Source: the human T2T-CHM13v2.0 reference genome, Homo sapiens. Taken from it: a DNA stretch of 64,000 nucleotides. The notes under the pieces are model-generated. The model worked only from the letters and a program-made list of their open reading frames with translations, ran no database searches and was not told the origin of the DNA. Shown piece by piece: positions 1 to 16,477 of this stretch. Both the position numbers and the translations under genes were made by a program. The stretch is from NCBI RefSeq assembly GCF_009914755.1, contig NC_060939.1. One strand, written 5' to 3'. The number at the start of each line of letters is the position of its first letter. The first letter of the stretch is position 1.

Positions 1-253
1 CCCATTGCTGATACTTTTCATGAAACACTTGAGACCATTTGACCAGACCAAAGGGTGAAATAGCTTCAACTGTTCATTAGCCTCCATAATGAATTAGCCA
101 AAACTAATTCATTTTCCACCAAGAGTATTTCCTGCTGTGTATCCTGAGGCTGTTGATTCAGAACACCTGATGGGTATGACTGGCACACACTGAAGGAGAG
201 AGAGCACTCTTGATTGCATTAAGACATTTCATTTTGAAAGCTGGCTTACTTAA

Positions 254-556
<303 letters not shown>

Positions 557-1585
557 TTATATTTTGGAGTCATTTGGGTAGCTTAAATTCATGGAAAAAT
601 TTTTATTAATTTTTTTCCTCCATGTTCTTTCACATGGAAGTACCTGTAATGTTGAGTCTGGAGATGCCATAGTTCAGCAGCACCACGGACATTCACACTA
701 CCCTGTGGTGTGTACCTAGCATCCACCATCTCCACTTCTGTGACTTATTGGCCTCAGAGCTTTCTGCACCCTTTAGGAATAGCAAACTGGGGGACCCCAC
801 AAGTCATCTTCCTGTACCAAGTCAGTAGACAAAACATTTACAAAGATACTGAAGAAAATGGTTGTGTTTTTGCCAAAGAGATACTGAACTATACTCAACT
901 CTCTGTCTCTCAATTTAGTGAACTTGTTCCTACATTTTTCACAGTGTCTGAAAAGAAGGGTCTTGTCATGTTCCATCAGTATCAAAATGTTACATCTGCA
1001 AACCCAATTTTTCTCTGATTTGGGAAGGTACCAAGAGGGATCAACACTGTGGGCTTTGAGAAGAGGCATGTAATTTAATTTAGGTACTTGGGATTCACTT
1101 AGTCTTTCCTTCTGATTTCATATTTTATCTTTTTTAAAAAATATTTTTCTCCACAGAAGACAGCTGAAAGAGAAAAGCAAAACTTCCATCAATTCAGCTG
1201 CTCATTGCCTAACGTAGGCAATAATTCACAGTGACACATGGGTGGCTGAGAAAAGACACCGGCCTCCTCTTCCCCCAGCTATCCTGAGCAATGTCTTGCC
1301 TTAGGCGCAGCATCCCTTGAAAGAATTTTAAGTCTGTATTCAGACTGAATTCATTGCAGTGATGTATGAAATGAGCAAGAGACAGAAAAGTGCAGATTCT
1401 ACATTAGACAAAATTCTATGTTGGAATGTTCAAATTTGACATTCTACATTAAGGCTGTTTACGGTCTGTCCATGCGTATAATTCATTAGCTGAAACACAG
1501 CTAGGAGACTGTGCTGTGTTACAGCTTGGAGAGTGTTATTAGCTGTGTTACAGCTAGGGGACTGTGCCCAGATGTTGGCATCTGA

Positions 1586-1786
<201 letters not shown>

Positions 1787-2717
1787 TAACTATGACCTTT
1801 AAGATGAGTTTTTGCATTTTGACCATGTTTCCCAGGAACATGGGTGAAAATAGAATTCGTTATTTTATAGGTCAACCATAATTGTCTATTAAGCTAATTA
1901 GAGACATATATGAAAAAGCAGTTTTGATTTTCATAAACAGGGTGATTTCATAAACAGAAAAAACCAAGCTCGCTTATTTTGTTCTTCATTATTAACTGTT
2001 TCTGCTTTGCTTGGTAGCTATCAAATGCCTGTACAGTCATCTCAGCTAATTTTAAAAAAGTCTATTTAGAATCCCATGATCGAATCTCTGCAGCATACTG
2101 ACTGTGGAATTAATTTGCCCTAAGGATGAAATTGAAATAAAACTCTTGTTATTTACAACTGCAGGCTAGTCATATTGGAATATTTGAAAGTATTATTATT
2201 TAATCTCTGGGAAGATCTTCCTGTCAAAAGATCCTAGTACGAACAGATTTTCTATAGGCATAATTTTGCCACAATGGTACAAGATGCCTTCTATGGACTT
2301 TTGTTTTAAATAACTTCCTCAATCAAAAAATTAGGGGCTCAATCAAGGTGATATTTAGGTTATAACACATTTCGTTTGTGTGTGATCTCTAAACTTTGGC
2401 TACACTAGTTGCATAAATACCTCTAACTTTCATGGGAGAATCCAGAGTGGTATTCATGTGTCATTTTTTCTGCACTTATTTTGCATTCAATGTGGGATAA
2501 CTGTTTAAACTTTATGACTTAGTGCCCCGACATGCCTACATGAACACCATTTATACCGACCAATAAGCATTTGTGTGTGGTGGGATATTGTGCAATTAAT
2601 ATTGGGCCCCTTATTTGAGAGAGGAAGAAGAAAGAACCACTGTATGGTGAAAATCTAAATCCTAAATCCCGGGCAAAGGGGAAACTTCACTTATTTCACC
2701 TCTTTTTCCCCATCCAG

Positions 2718-2785
2718 AGGATTTTGAAGATGATGGCGATGATGAAGTGGACAAAGACTCTGATACTGAAGATGGGAAAGTGGAA
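2718..2785 (+). CDS. AGBL1: AGBL1 coding exon (about exon 9), 68 nt, phase 1-0: acidic EDFEDDGDDEVDKDSDTEDGKVE
   Basis: Acceptor tctttttccccatccag|AG, donor GAA|gtaggt; joins both neighbours in frame. Confidence 0.92.
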
Positions 2786-3311
2786 GTAGGTACACCAGCC
2801 CATGCTTCTAATGATGTCCATAGTCACATCATGCACAGAAAAATATTACTTCCTGTGTTTGCCCAAGCCCAGTGTAAATTTTAAGAACTGACTTTAGTAC
2901 TGCCACTCCAGTGGTCGTGATGCGCAGTAAATGATAGCTACTGTTATTGATTTCCAAGTTGTCATTTTCATCTTGGTAGGTCCGGTACAATGTCTCATTA
3001 TAAAGTCAGAGGCTATCCTATACATTATTATGACACCAATACTTTATTCAGATGACCTTTAGGCACACATTTAACACTTGGAGTTGGTATATTTGATAAG
3101 ACCATTTAAGACCCTAGAAAGATTTTCCAGGAAGCTTTCTGCCTTTGTAAGTCACTCTTCTTATCCTTTCTGCACAGGGGTGCTGCATTGTACAATTCCA
3201 TTGACATCAGACTCTGTGAATTGTTTTCCCTTAAGTTGCACAGTGCACAACCTGGCCAGCAGAGAAGTGTTGCTCTTTGGTCCCCCTCCCAAAAAGGCCT
3301 ATTCTATAGAA

Positions 3312-3815
<504 letters not shown>

Positions 3816-3821
3816 TGTACA

Positions 3822-4026
3822 ACAAGTTTTCTAGACCTTGGCACTGTTGGCATTTAGACCGGTTACTTCTTGGTTGTGGGAGGCTGCCTTGTGCATTGTA
3901 GGATGTTTAGCAGCATTCCTCACCTCTACCCACTGGATATCAGTAGTACCTACCTCATTACCCTCCAGGGATGAACCAAAAATATCTCTTAGACTTGCCA
4001 AAATCACCCCTAGTTGAGGACTACTG
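3822..4026 (+). mobile_element. MER20 (hAT-Charlie)
   Basis: Diagnostic 'tgtgcattgtaggatgtttagcagcat.cct..cctctacccact.gat' and end 'gttgaggactactg'. Confidence 0.85.
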
Positions 4027-5724
4027 CTCTAGAATAAGAATTTGTCTGTGAATTATAATTCTATCTCCATTTCTGTTGGTGGACATGGACTTTGACAAAT
4101 TCCTCTAAGTTATAGTTTCTTAATTTTGTTGTCTGTAAAATAAGAGTCAGTAAATTAAGGTCAATGCTGCCTTTTATGACATTTACTGGGGATGAAACTC
4201 AAATTAAAAAAAATCAAAAATCTTCCCTCCTTTCCTTTCTCTCCTTCTTTCCTATCTGTCTAGAAAGAAAGAGGCTTTTGAGTTCTCTGTCATGATAATC
4301 ACTCACCCTGCTGATGGTAGTAGCAGACATACAGGGACTACCTCTTAAGCTACATCTATAGGTTTAGACTGCTATTGACAGTCTGGTGTTCTCTGGGTTT
4401 TGTTGATAAATAGAATCATTTCTGAAGTCATCCGTAGCAAATTGGATCTTTGCTGTGGCTTGATGGTGCAGGCCTATGGAGTACGTGCTGAATTATTTGA
4501 ATAATACTGTGCTGCTGCAGTCATTCATCAATGCCACTTTCCCCTCCCCTCTTGCTTGCTCTTTGATAACTGAATGTCTGATGCAGAGTGTCACCCACTT
4601 CATGTATCTGATGGGGAGGGACCGGGTGCACGATAGTGCCTGACTTCCCACAGCATGGGAGGGAGGGTGTTCAGATAGTTCCCTTGGCCCACGCTTTACA
4701 GAGGATGGAGGGGTGGGGTAGAGAGAACCCTAAACAAATAAATAAACTCAACTGGCAAAGAAGCACAAGACAAATTGGTAAGAGCTTGAAAACTATTCTT
4801 CAAAAGGCTTCAAGCCAAGGCAAGAAGATGAGAAGTCAGTGTGAGGATGAATTGTAGAGAAGGAGAGGAGCATGAGAGTCAGGGCTCAAATTGGAGGCAC
4901 AGCAAGAGCAAGGAAACTGCTCCAGAAAACTGGATTTTCCCTGGGGAAACCAGCAGCATTTGCTGCCAGAGGCGTGAACAAGAAGTCAGGCATATTTTAT
5001 TTCTGGCCACAGCACTGATCCAGGCCTTTAACCTGTGGCCTTCCCATTTGACAATCTTAGGTAATAATTGGGACCAGCCTGTTAGTAAGAATGATTAAGA
5101 GGATCTTTTATCCATAAAGGGCTATGAGAGTGGAAAGTAGGGTGCCATGATTTGATTGAAAACTGCCAAGGTCAACGTATTAGATGTGGGCTGTCTTCAC
5201 ATACACAAGCATTAGATTCTGACAAACTCTGAAGAGGAGGGTGATAAACAGAGTGAATTCAAGCTCTCCCTTCCTTCTTCCTTCCTTTCCTTTCTTTTTA
5301 ATTTTTTATTCTTTCAGGTGCTTTATTGGGTATGATCCGTATGCAACATGCTAAATTCTTGGGGATGATAATCTGAAACACAAACAGATAAGACATAGTT
5401 TTTATCTTCAAAGAGTTCACAGTCTAGTGGACTTGGAGTTTGTCCTTATTAAGTGTTCTAATCACCACCTTCAATGGAGTGGTGAACTCAAGTCTGAGGC
5501 AGCCAAAAGACAATGTCCAAAAGCTCCAACCTATGGAACAAGAGCCAGAAAGCATTACCTGGATTAGGTGGGTACCAGAATTCTAGCTGGTAAAGGACTG
5601 CCTGGGCTGCTGTGAGGACACAGAAGCAGGCCACCTCCAGATAAGAATAAATGCCATTTATAAGAAATACAAAAGGAGGTGGCAACCTGGCTGAGTGCCT
5701 GGTTCTCAGAGACTAAGCTCCAGA

Positions 5725-5875
5725 ACTTTGAAGGCAGAAATGGTCTCTGTCACAACTATTAAACTTTGCTGTTGCACTGAGAAAACAACCATGATCAAAT
5801 GAATGGGTGTGGCTCTTTTCCAATAAAACTTTATTGACAAAAACAACCAGTGGGCCATAGTTTATTAACCCCTGC
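5725..5875 (+). mobile_element. MER58A-like fragment
   Basis: 'ggtctctgtcacaactatt.aactttgc...ttccaataaaactttatt...gggccatagttt...aacccctg'. Confidence 0.75.
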
Positions 5876-6769
5876 TCTAAGGCTAAGTGGGTCGCCTAGT
5901 CACATGTGGAATGAATTAGGTTGCAGCTCATGGGTTGAATGACTCTCCTCCCTTCAGATGCACCAGTTGGAGCACAGCCTTACTCACTGGTGGGGACATC
6001 CTTCCCAGTGGCCTTCCAGGTTGTGTTTCCCTTAGTACCACCCTGGGCCATGGCTGAGGTTGCAGTGGAGGGGGTGAAGGCAAGCAGGAATTGATGGATG
6101 AAGCTGCAAAGCACAAGAGTGGGGGCCATGGAGTTGGTCATGGTGTGTATACTGTACCTGAAAATATCATTAAATGAAACTCATGGGAATTACTTTTCTT
6201 TTAATTTGAAGTTTGGAGAAAAATTGTGAAACATAGATGGAACATTGCATTTTTTTGCCCCTTGGATCAGAAATACAAACATTTATTTTCCACGTTTATT
6301 GGATTTAACCTTTCAGTACTGCCAGGTTTTTCCTTAACTAATGAAATATACTTGTAAAACATATGGTATTTTTTTTTTCTCTATTTCATTAAGGAAACTT
6401 AATCTAGGATATGAAAAGATGAAGAGACTGGGCTGGTTCATTCCTGGTGTCTTTTCTCTGTAAGACCCTACAACCCTTGGAAAACACACAAGTATTCAGA
6501 GGAGAGTCACCATCATCATTAAAAGGTTTCGAAATGGTGATCTATCAAGAATAAACAATAAAGTGCCTGGGATTATTCAGTCCAATAAATAAAAGACTCA
6601 CGGTGCCTTGGTAAATTTTTAAATGTACAAAGGGATAAAGATGTAGTAGGAGAATACCAGCTCCTCCCCAGGTCTCATAAGGATTGATATAATTTCTCTC
6701 CCGCCTACTTCTCAAATCTCATCTCCTGCAATCTTCCTCTTATTCTGTATGCAACAGCCACCTTCTTTC

Positions 6770-6831
6770 TGTAAGCAAATTGAAGCTTTTCCTTCTGCTA
6801 ATAATTCACTGCTAGGCCTATGCATAGCTGG

Positions 6832-6864
<33 letters not shown>

Positions 6865-7160
6865 CATTTAGGTCTCAGTTAAAACTTTACCTCCTTATGA
6901 GTCCTCCTGAGATCTCCTAATCCAAACAGCCTCCCATTCCCCAGTCTTAGTAACATCATTCTCTTTTATCATTTCAAGAGGAGTTATAACTGTTGGAAAT
7001 TAACTTATTCATTTGTTTACTTTCTTCTTTACTGTTTTTCTTCTCTCGCTAAAAGGCAAATACCATGGAAGCATGGATGTTTGTCTGTTCCATTGTGACC
7101 GAAACTTCAGTACCGGGAAGAGTACCTGCTCACAGTCGGTGCTGATTAAATGTTTGTGAA
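6770..7160 (+). mobile_element. L2 3' fragment containing a T30 tract (6833-6862)
   Basis: L2-like 'ttaggtctcagtt.aaa...acctcc' and 3' end 'gtacctgctcacagtcggtgct..ttaaatgtttgtgaa'. Confidence 0.6.
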
Positions 7161-7545
7161 AAGACTGACAAACCTAAATGTCAAAGATAGATAAAGAGGG
7201 ACAATAATTACAATGATGCTGACGATAGTGGCAATGAGATAAAGAATTTCTTTTATAATGTGCTTTATCAATTATGTAGTTTATCTCATTTTATACAAAT
7301 TTTTATTTCTGATGAAGGCTGATAAATACTGACATAAATGCTGAGACAAGTCCTTTATCTTCTTTCTTTTTATTTTAAAAATACAATCCAGCATAACAAA
7401 TTCTTCACTGGATGGGCCAGTGCTATAATTTGGAGGCAAGAAAACCATGTCCTAAGATTCTGAAGAAGCACATACATATCATGTCTTGATGCTTCTCAGG
7501 GTGGATTTCCTGACTGTAATCTCTTCTATGACTATTCCATTTTAG

Positions 7546-7683
<138 letters not shown>

Positions 7684-7903
7684 TGATCTTTGACGATGCA
7701 TGATGGGTTCTTTGCAGATCCTGGGAGGCCAAACCAGGGTGTCCAGATGGAAAGCATTGCTCATCATTAGCCATATGCTTCTGGGCTCTTCCTTAGAGAA
7801 AAGCAGAATGCTAAACAAAAGTGGGAAAAGATGGCAAAAATGGAAAAAAGTTACGATGTATGCAAGAGTTCTTCAGTCTGACACCTTACACTTAGGATGG
7901 ATA

Positions 7904-8237
7904 CAAGGTCATGTGCTGCATAATGACATTTCCATTGATGACAGGCAGCATATTCCTTGATGGTCCCATAAGATTATAATACTGTATTTTCACTGCACCT
8001 TTTTATGTTTAGACACACAAATCCCATTGTATTACTATTGCCTACAGTGTTCAGCACTTTAACATGCTGTACAGGTTTGTAGCCTAGGAGCAACAGGCCA
8101 CACCATATAGCCTAGGTACACCGTAGGCTAAACCATCTAAGTTGGTGTAAGCACACCCTATGATGTTCATACAACAATGAAATCACCTGATGATGCATTT
8201 CTCAGAGCATTCCCCATTGTTAGGTAATGCATGACTG
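7904..8237 (+). mobile_element. Tigger3a-like TcMar-Tigger element
   Basis: Terminal inverted repeats (ca.gtcatg ... catgactg) flanked by TA; internal 'gatggtcccataagattataat' and 'tgtacaggtttgtagcctaggagcaa'. Confidence 0.85.
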
Positions 8238-8953
8238 TAGCATGAAGGTACACATCACTGCCTATTGTCTGGTGGGCAGGGTGCCCTGCCCCCATGCACT
8301 GAAAAAGCAAATAAAAATTCATGATGATTTAATTGTTCTCATGCCAAAGTGGGACCGTTGTCCTAGATGGCTTTTTGAAGGTGGACATACTGACTTCAGG
8401 CTTTCTTTTTTAATAGAAACAAATTGGGAACATTAGACCTGGTGATGCTAATTCTGTGCCTAGTTGCTGCTGCCACTGTTGCTGCCATCGATATTTTAGA
8501 CCTGCTTTTTGATCTCCATTATTTTCTTATGGCTCTTAGTAATCATGAATTTGCCTACATCTAAGGGTATAAGCTAAGTCATGTGTACAGAGGGAGTTAA
8601 TATATTCTATTTGGCTTCAGAAAGCAGAAGGATGGTTTCAGGGAAGGAAATTTCAGTTTAGTATAAAAATTTTTTTCAAATAAACAGAATTATTCTCAAG
8701 TGAAAGGCACTGCCTTGGGGTGCAGTGAGGCCCCCATAAATATGGTTTTCCAACCAGATTGTAATTTAGTAGGGGGTCTTGAAGACATTCAAATACTGTT
8801 TTGCATTGGACTAGACCCACCAAAAGCCCCTTCCAAACATGAGTTTCTATGATTCTGTCATTTATTTGACTCTTGAAGGTTAGTCTTTAGTTGACCTTGG
8901 AAAAAGCTTCCACATTCACAGGATTTATGCTTAGCTCTGTGCCCAGAGAGTAA

Positions 8954-9607
<654 letters not shown>

Positions 9608-11091
9608 TGATGGCGCTACTGACTTGGGAGCTCTTTTTTTCTGTTCTTTGATAATTTTATAAGTAAAATGGTTTGTACAGATAATTCTACTATCTATAGG
9701 AAAGAGAGCATTAATCAGGAACATGTCAAAGCCTGTTGGCAAACTGGCCAAACACACAAACTTTGCTTCCTGCAAGGACTTTTCAGAATCAAGTGTGGGG
9801 TAGTGGTAGGCATGCATTTTCTGATGAAAAATTCCTTGAGTAATTCTAATACAACTCCTTATCCTATCTCCATTGCAAACCACTATCACAAAGAAAGATC
9901 ATCCAGTTTTTCCAAATACTGGGCTCCTTCCTCAAAAGTAGGTTTTCAGGAAAATCAAGAGCTGATTATTTGGGATCTCTTTTCTTGCTTCCTACAAATT
10001 GATAGGGGATCTCTTGCTAATAGAAAGGAGGAGGTGTGCCTCCATTCCACAGCCCTAGCTATTATAGACCCTGGCTTAGTTAGGAGAATAGTTTTGCTGC
10101 CTCACAGAGCTGGCGGGGAGTTGATGGAAGAGAAATTCTCCAGGGAAGAAACACTGGTTGATAGATTATTCCCAGAAGGCAGGAAAGGGAGCTTTACCCA
10201 TGGCTCAGCATATTGAGATTAAAATGAAAACTGCTAAAGGCAAAGAAAACATTATTCTCCTTGAAAAAAAACTGTATGCACATACCAAGTCAATGGAGCA
10301 AAGTGGGCAGACCAGAAAGTTTTCTTATTATCCACGTCATCTGTAAATTATTCTCTTGATGGTAAATCCCCCAAACTGCTCCCACTTGGGGTCCTGGCTG
10401 ACATATCCAACCCTACCCCCTGCACTTTATCTGTCATGCTCATTTTTTGAGAAACAGATCACAAGGGCTGTTCTAGCACCATGTTATCCCTGCATAGGAC
10501 ATCTTCCCTCTGAGTCCAGGCCTCATGTCCACCTTTTCTTCACCCTTCTCTCACACCTCCCTTATGAACTGGATTGGAAATTCAGGAAGGTAATCTGAAA
10601 GACCTTCTAAGCTTTCTTTCTCTCTCTTAGTTAAATATCCCAGATTTTGGTGTTTCTTAGAAGATTGACCTTAGCCTACCGGAGCAGACAGAGCCCAAGG
10701 AATATAAATTGCACAAGGGTACACAGGCTTATTGGATCCTCCCAAACCTTGAAGATGCTAGCAGCTAATAGTCCTAATGTCTTCCTCAAAACTTTCTCAG
10801 TGCAAACTACCCTCTTATTCCCACAGCTAGAAAAGTTCCAAAGTCCCCCAACGCAAGTGCTTTTGATAAAATTCTTCAAGCCAAGAATTCTCTAACTGAA
10901 ATCTAACATCACTACTTCCTACATTCCTACTTCTTATGCAGTTTTATTTTTTGATAGAGGCAGAGAAAGAAGAAGGGCAGGGCTATTTGTATGCTCTGAG
11001 CTCAAAGTTGAGGTGTTATTAAACTTCTCTGTGCTTTCATATTTTTCTGGTGACCCCCAAAGTTCTTCCCAGGTGATCACAGGATGAGTGA

Positions 11092-11226
<135 letters not shown>

Positions 11227-11388
11227 TAGGTAGTCTCGTGCATCTGAGGAAGGTGGGGCATGGAGAATTCTCTTAATGGCATGAGAATAGACATGTTTCC
11301 TGTTAATAATCCACTCCTCCTCCTAAAACAGCATGATGAAAATCCAGGTTAAAGATCTATAAGAGAAAGCTTAGCTTTAAGAATCATC

Positions 11389-11845
<457 letters not shown>

Positions 11846-11869
11846 TAAGTAAGGAAAACCACAGTGGGT

Positions 11870-12056
11870 GTCTCCTGTCAGTTCGTAAGAGCAAGCTGTG
11901 ACTATCTCTTCCCCATGCTCTGTTCAGTGACCTTGCATTGGTGGCTTGAAATCAGCCATGGTGGGAATATTTATATCATAAAAATTGGCAAACAGTACGA
12001 GTGAAGGTTTTTCCTTTCAGAGAGTCATTTGTTAAACATTTACCAGTACACCACTA
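11870..12056. mobile_element. MER63-like hAT-Blackjack element
   Basis: 'gcttgaaatcagccatggtggga.tattta...ttggcaaa...gttaaacatttaccag.acaccact'. Confidence 0.7.
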
Positions 12057-12639
12057 AGTGTACTGATATCATAGCTACACTGATATCATAGCTAAGTGAG
12101 CCATTCAGTAGAAGTGAACTGTTATTAATGTGTCTTGTGTTTCAAATAATGGGTCCATATTTCGGTGTGAGAGCACTTTGACTGGGATGTTTATACTTTG
12201 ATGCCAAGGCTGATTCTGTTGAAGGGAAGGGTACATGGGCTTGCTATTCCTGCACTTCTCTATGCCTGTTGCTCTCATTCCTGTGTACTTAGGTGGCAAA
12301 AATCATGAGCTTCCCAGAGAAAGGTGAACCATCCTGCATTCAAGGGAAGATGCAGTACCATGCCTCTCTAGCAGAACCTACAGATGAGCTCTCAGTAGAA
12401 AAGGATATCCTAGCCAAGGAAAGCCTAGGGCTGTACAAACTAAAAGAAAGGAAATAAAACACAAATGAATTTTACTTCTTTTTCAGTGTCAGAAGAGACC
12501 GCGGTTCTCACTATGTTAAAATTCTTTCTATTATAGCAGTGTGGATATATTTCCCATATACCAAAAGGCAAGATACATGATTCATCTTCTATAGGTGAAC
12601 TTCTGAAAAAACAGTCCAGAACAGATAATGGTGTGGTGG

Positions 12640-12860
12640 CCATAGACAGACATCAGAATCAGAGTGCCAGGGTAACTTCATCACCTTCCAACCAGGAGAC
12701 TGAGCAAGTTTCCTAACTCACTTCATGCCTTTATTTCCTCACTCACAAAATGAGAACAATAATCGCACCTACTACTTTGGGATTTCATGAGAGCTAAGTA
12801 ATACACTTAAGTCTCTTAGAGTAGTACCTGGCGCATGGTCAGCACTTAGTCAACATCCGT
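12640..12860 (+). mobile_element. MIR
   Basis: Core 'tttcctca..cacaaaatgagaacaataat' and 'cttagagtagtacctggcgcat'. Confidence 0.7.
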
Positions 12861-14264
12861 TCTTACTCAGGGATGCATATTCGCCATTGTTGGAGCTCAG
12901 AATTCAGTATAGCTGAGACCTCCCTCATATCCACCTGATGATTCATTTTTGAAGTTCTTCCTCTTTGGGGGAGGTGAAGGGTGATTTTTTTTTTTGTACA
13001 TAAAATATTTCAAGGAAGCCCAACAAATAAAACAGAGACCAGTTTAATCAGGCTGAAGACGGGAAAGACAGTCATGTCAAGACTCTTTCTCAGCCCTCTT
13101 TGTGTTGTTGGCTTAGTTTCCACTTCTTCCTGTGGCTCCTGCTTTTACTATTTCTTCTCTCCAGATATCATGTTCAAAGGATCCAGGAAAGGAGACCTGA
13201 TTATGAGTCTCCTGGTGGAACAGTTATCAGATCAGGATGCGGCTAAGCTGCTGGCCCAGCTCAGGTCTTTTTCTCTATACATTTCCCTTGGACCAGAGTG
13301 TAAAATCCTAAATTCATCAGTTATGGTCAGGGTAATAGAGTCAAATAGCAGAAACAAACCTACTTATGGGTAAGGAATTTTTTATGATTACTTTTTGGAG
13401 AGAGCACTGTGGGAATAGCAGACAATTTGAGGGTCATAGACTTTCCAGAATTGTTCTTGTGAGTGCCACTCCATGGGGTTATGTGTCATGTGTTGTGTGG
13501 TGAGCCCAGTGGTTAGAGTGTGGTGCCCACAGAGACAGTGTGAGGACTAGACTCCATCAGATAGCTCTACTCTGCTCTCATCTGTCTTATACCAAGCTCA
13601 GCGTTTCATAAATCTCACACAATGCCATTTACCAGGGGTCCAGTGTGGGAGAGTATGAATGGATTGGGGCAAAAACATTTTCCTTTTCATAAGAGCAATG
13701 CAAAGAGAATACCAAGAGGATGGAGCAACATTTTTAAAAATGAAATATCCTGATAATGTTTAAGTCAAAACTGCATTGCTAGTTCTGTTGCTAGAGATCA
13801 GAAAAATAATAACCTTTGGAGATATATAGTGATGGGGAGAGGATCCCTGAGGGCCTCCTGGGGTGCTGGAAATGTCCTATATCTGGGTAGTAGTCACACA
13901 AGTGGTTTCAGATGTAGATAAATTCATGGAGCTGTATATTTAAGATGTGTGTATTTTATAGCATGGGAGTTATATCACAATGAAAATGAAACAACCCCTG
14001 CATTGCTAGCCTAATTCATGTTTGTTGTTTTGCTGGGGGATGTATATTTACTAGGTTATTTGATTTTTATAAACAGCACCTCAAGTTTAGACACTTCCAT
14101 TTTCCGTATGTGGAAATTGAGGCTCAAAAGTAACGTTGATCTCAAATAGCAATGGCATATCCAAACCAGATGTGATTGAATTTTCTCTGGTATATAGCAC
14201 ACTTGCATTTTTTCTAGCTAGATAAAAACTTCATTATAGTTTAATAAAAAGGTATGCTAATATT

Positions 14265-14450
14265 TCAAAATAGTAAAAAGACTAGAATTGGAATGTTCTT
14301 AACCCAAAAAGTGTTAAATGCTTAGGTGATAGACATTTCAATTACCCTGATTTGATCATTACACATTGTATTATTGTATCAAAATATCACATGTACCTCA
14401 TAAATAAATACAACTATTGTGTATCCATAATAGTTTAAAAAAATTTAAAA
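14265..14450 (+). mobile_element. L1MA 3' end fragment
   Basis: 'aattaccctgatttgatcattacacattg...aaaatatcacatgtacc.cataaata'. Confidence 0.75.
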
Positions 14451-14588
14451 ATATGCGCTATTGTGTAATTGACTCTTGTAATACTAGGAAGCCCCCTCAC
14501 CTCCATGAATTTCCAAAATCTGTACCCAATATTGTGGTATCAGGATGATAAGTATAACTTACCAGCTGGCTGAGATCCTGGGTCTTAG

Positions 14589-15044
<456 letters not shown>

Positions 15045-15509
15045 TGACATCCACTGCTTCTGGATTCCCTCGCTCTACCTTGAACTTTTTGAGGTTGGTG
15101 AGCGTTCTCATTTATTCCTTCTCTCCATCTCCTAAGTCCCATAGGAGCAAATGCTTTGACCTGCTTTTTTTCCTGCAAGGTAGAGGAACAACAAAATCCA
15201 ATTGGACAACACTGATTTACATTCTTAGAAAGCTCTTGAAGAAGTTTAAATTCTCCTGAATACCCGTGGCCGTTTTGGAGGAGATATTCAAGAGAGAAAG
15301 GCTGACGAGCAGGCTGTATTTATTTCAAATGTTTTGAGGAATGGAAATTCTGCATACAACTGCTGCATCATATACTAACTTGCTGGGTGGCTTTGAATGA
15401 GGAAGAAGTATTCCCAGGTGTCTAGGTCCAAGTGCAGGGTACTGTCTCTATTTTGTAGTGACTAAACAGATTCCTGTGGGTATGAGAAGAGAAAATATGA
15501 ACCTTGACA

Positions 15510-16344
<835 letters not shown>

Positions 16345-16378
16345 ACTCTCTTTCCCTCATGGATTAATTCCTTTCTGA

Positions 16379-16477
<99 letters not shown>

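Noticed and set aside
2786-2795. Second GT 4 nt downstream of donors (also at 11230)
   Set aside because: A GT at +5/+6 is part of the normal donor consensus and these competitors are weak
6833-6862. T30 tract (similar tracts near 21919 and 63490) as tails of hidden retrocopies
   Set aside because: No adjacent element body or convincing TSD; simple mononucleotide runs
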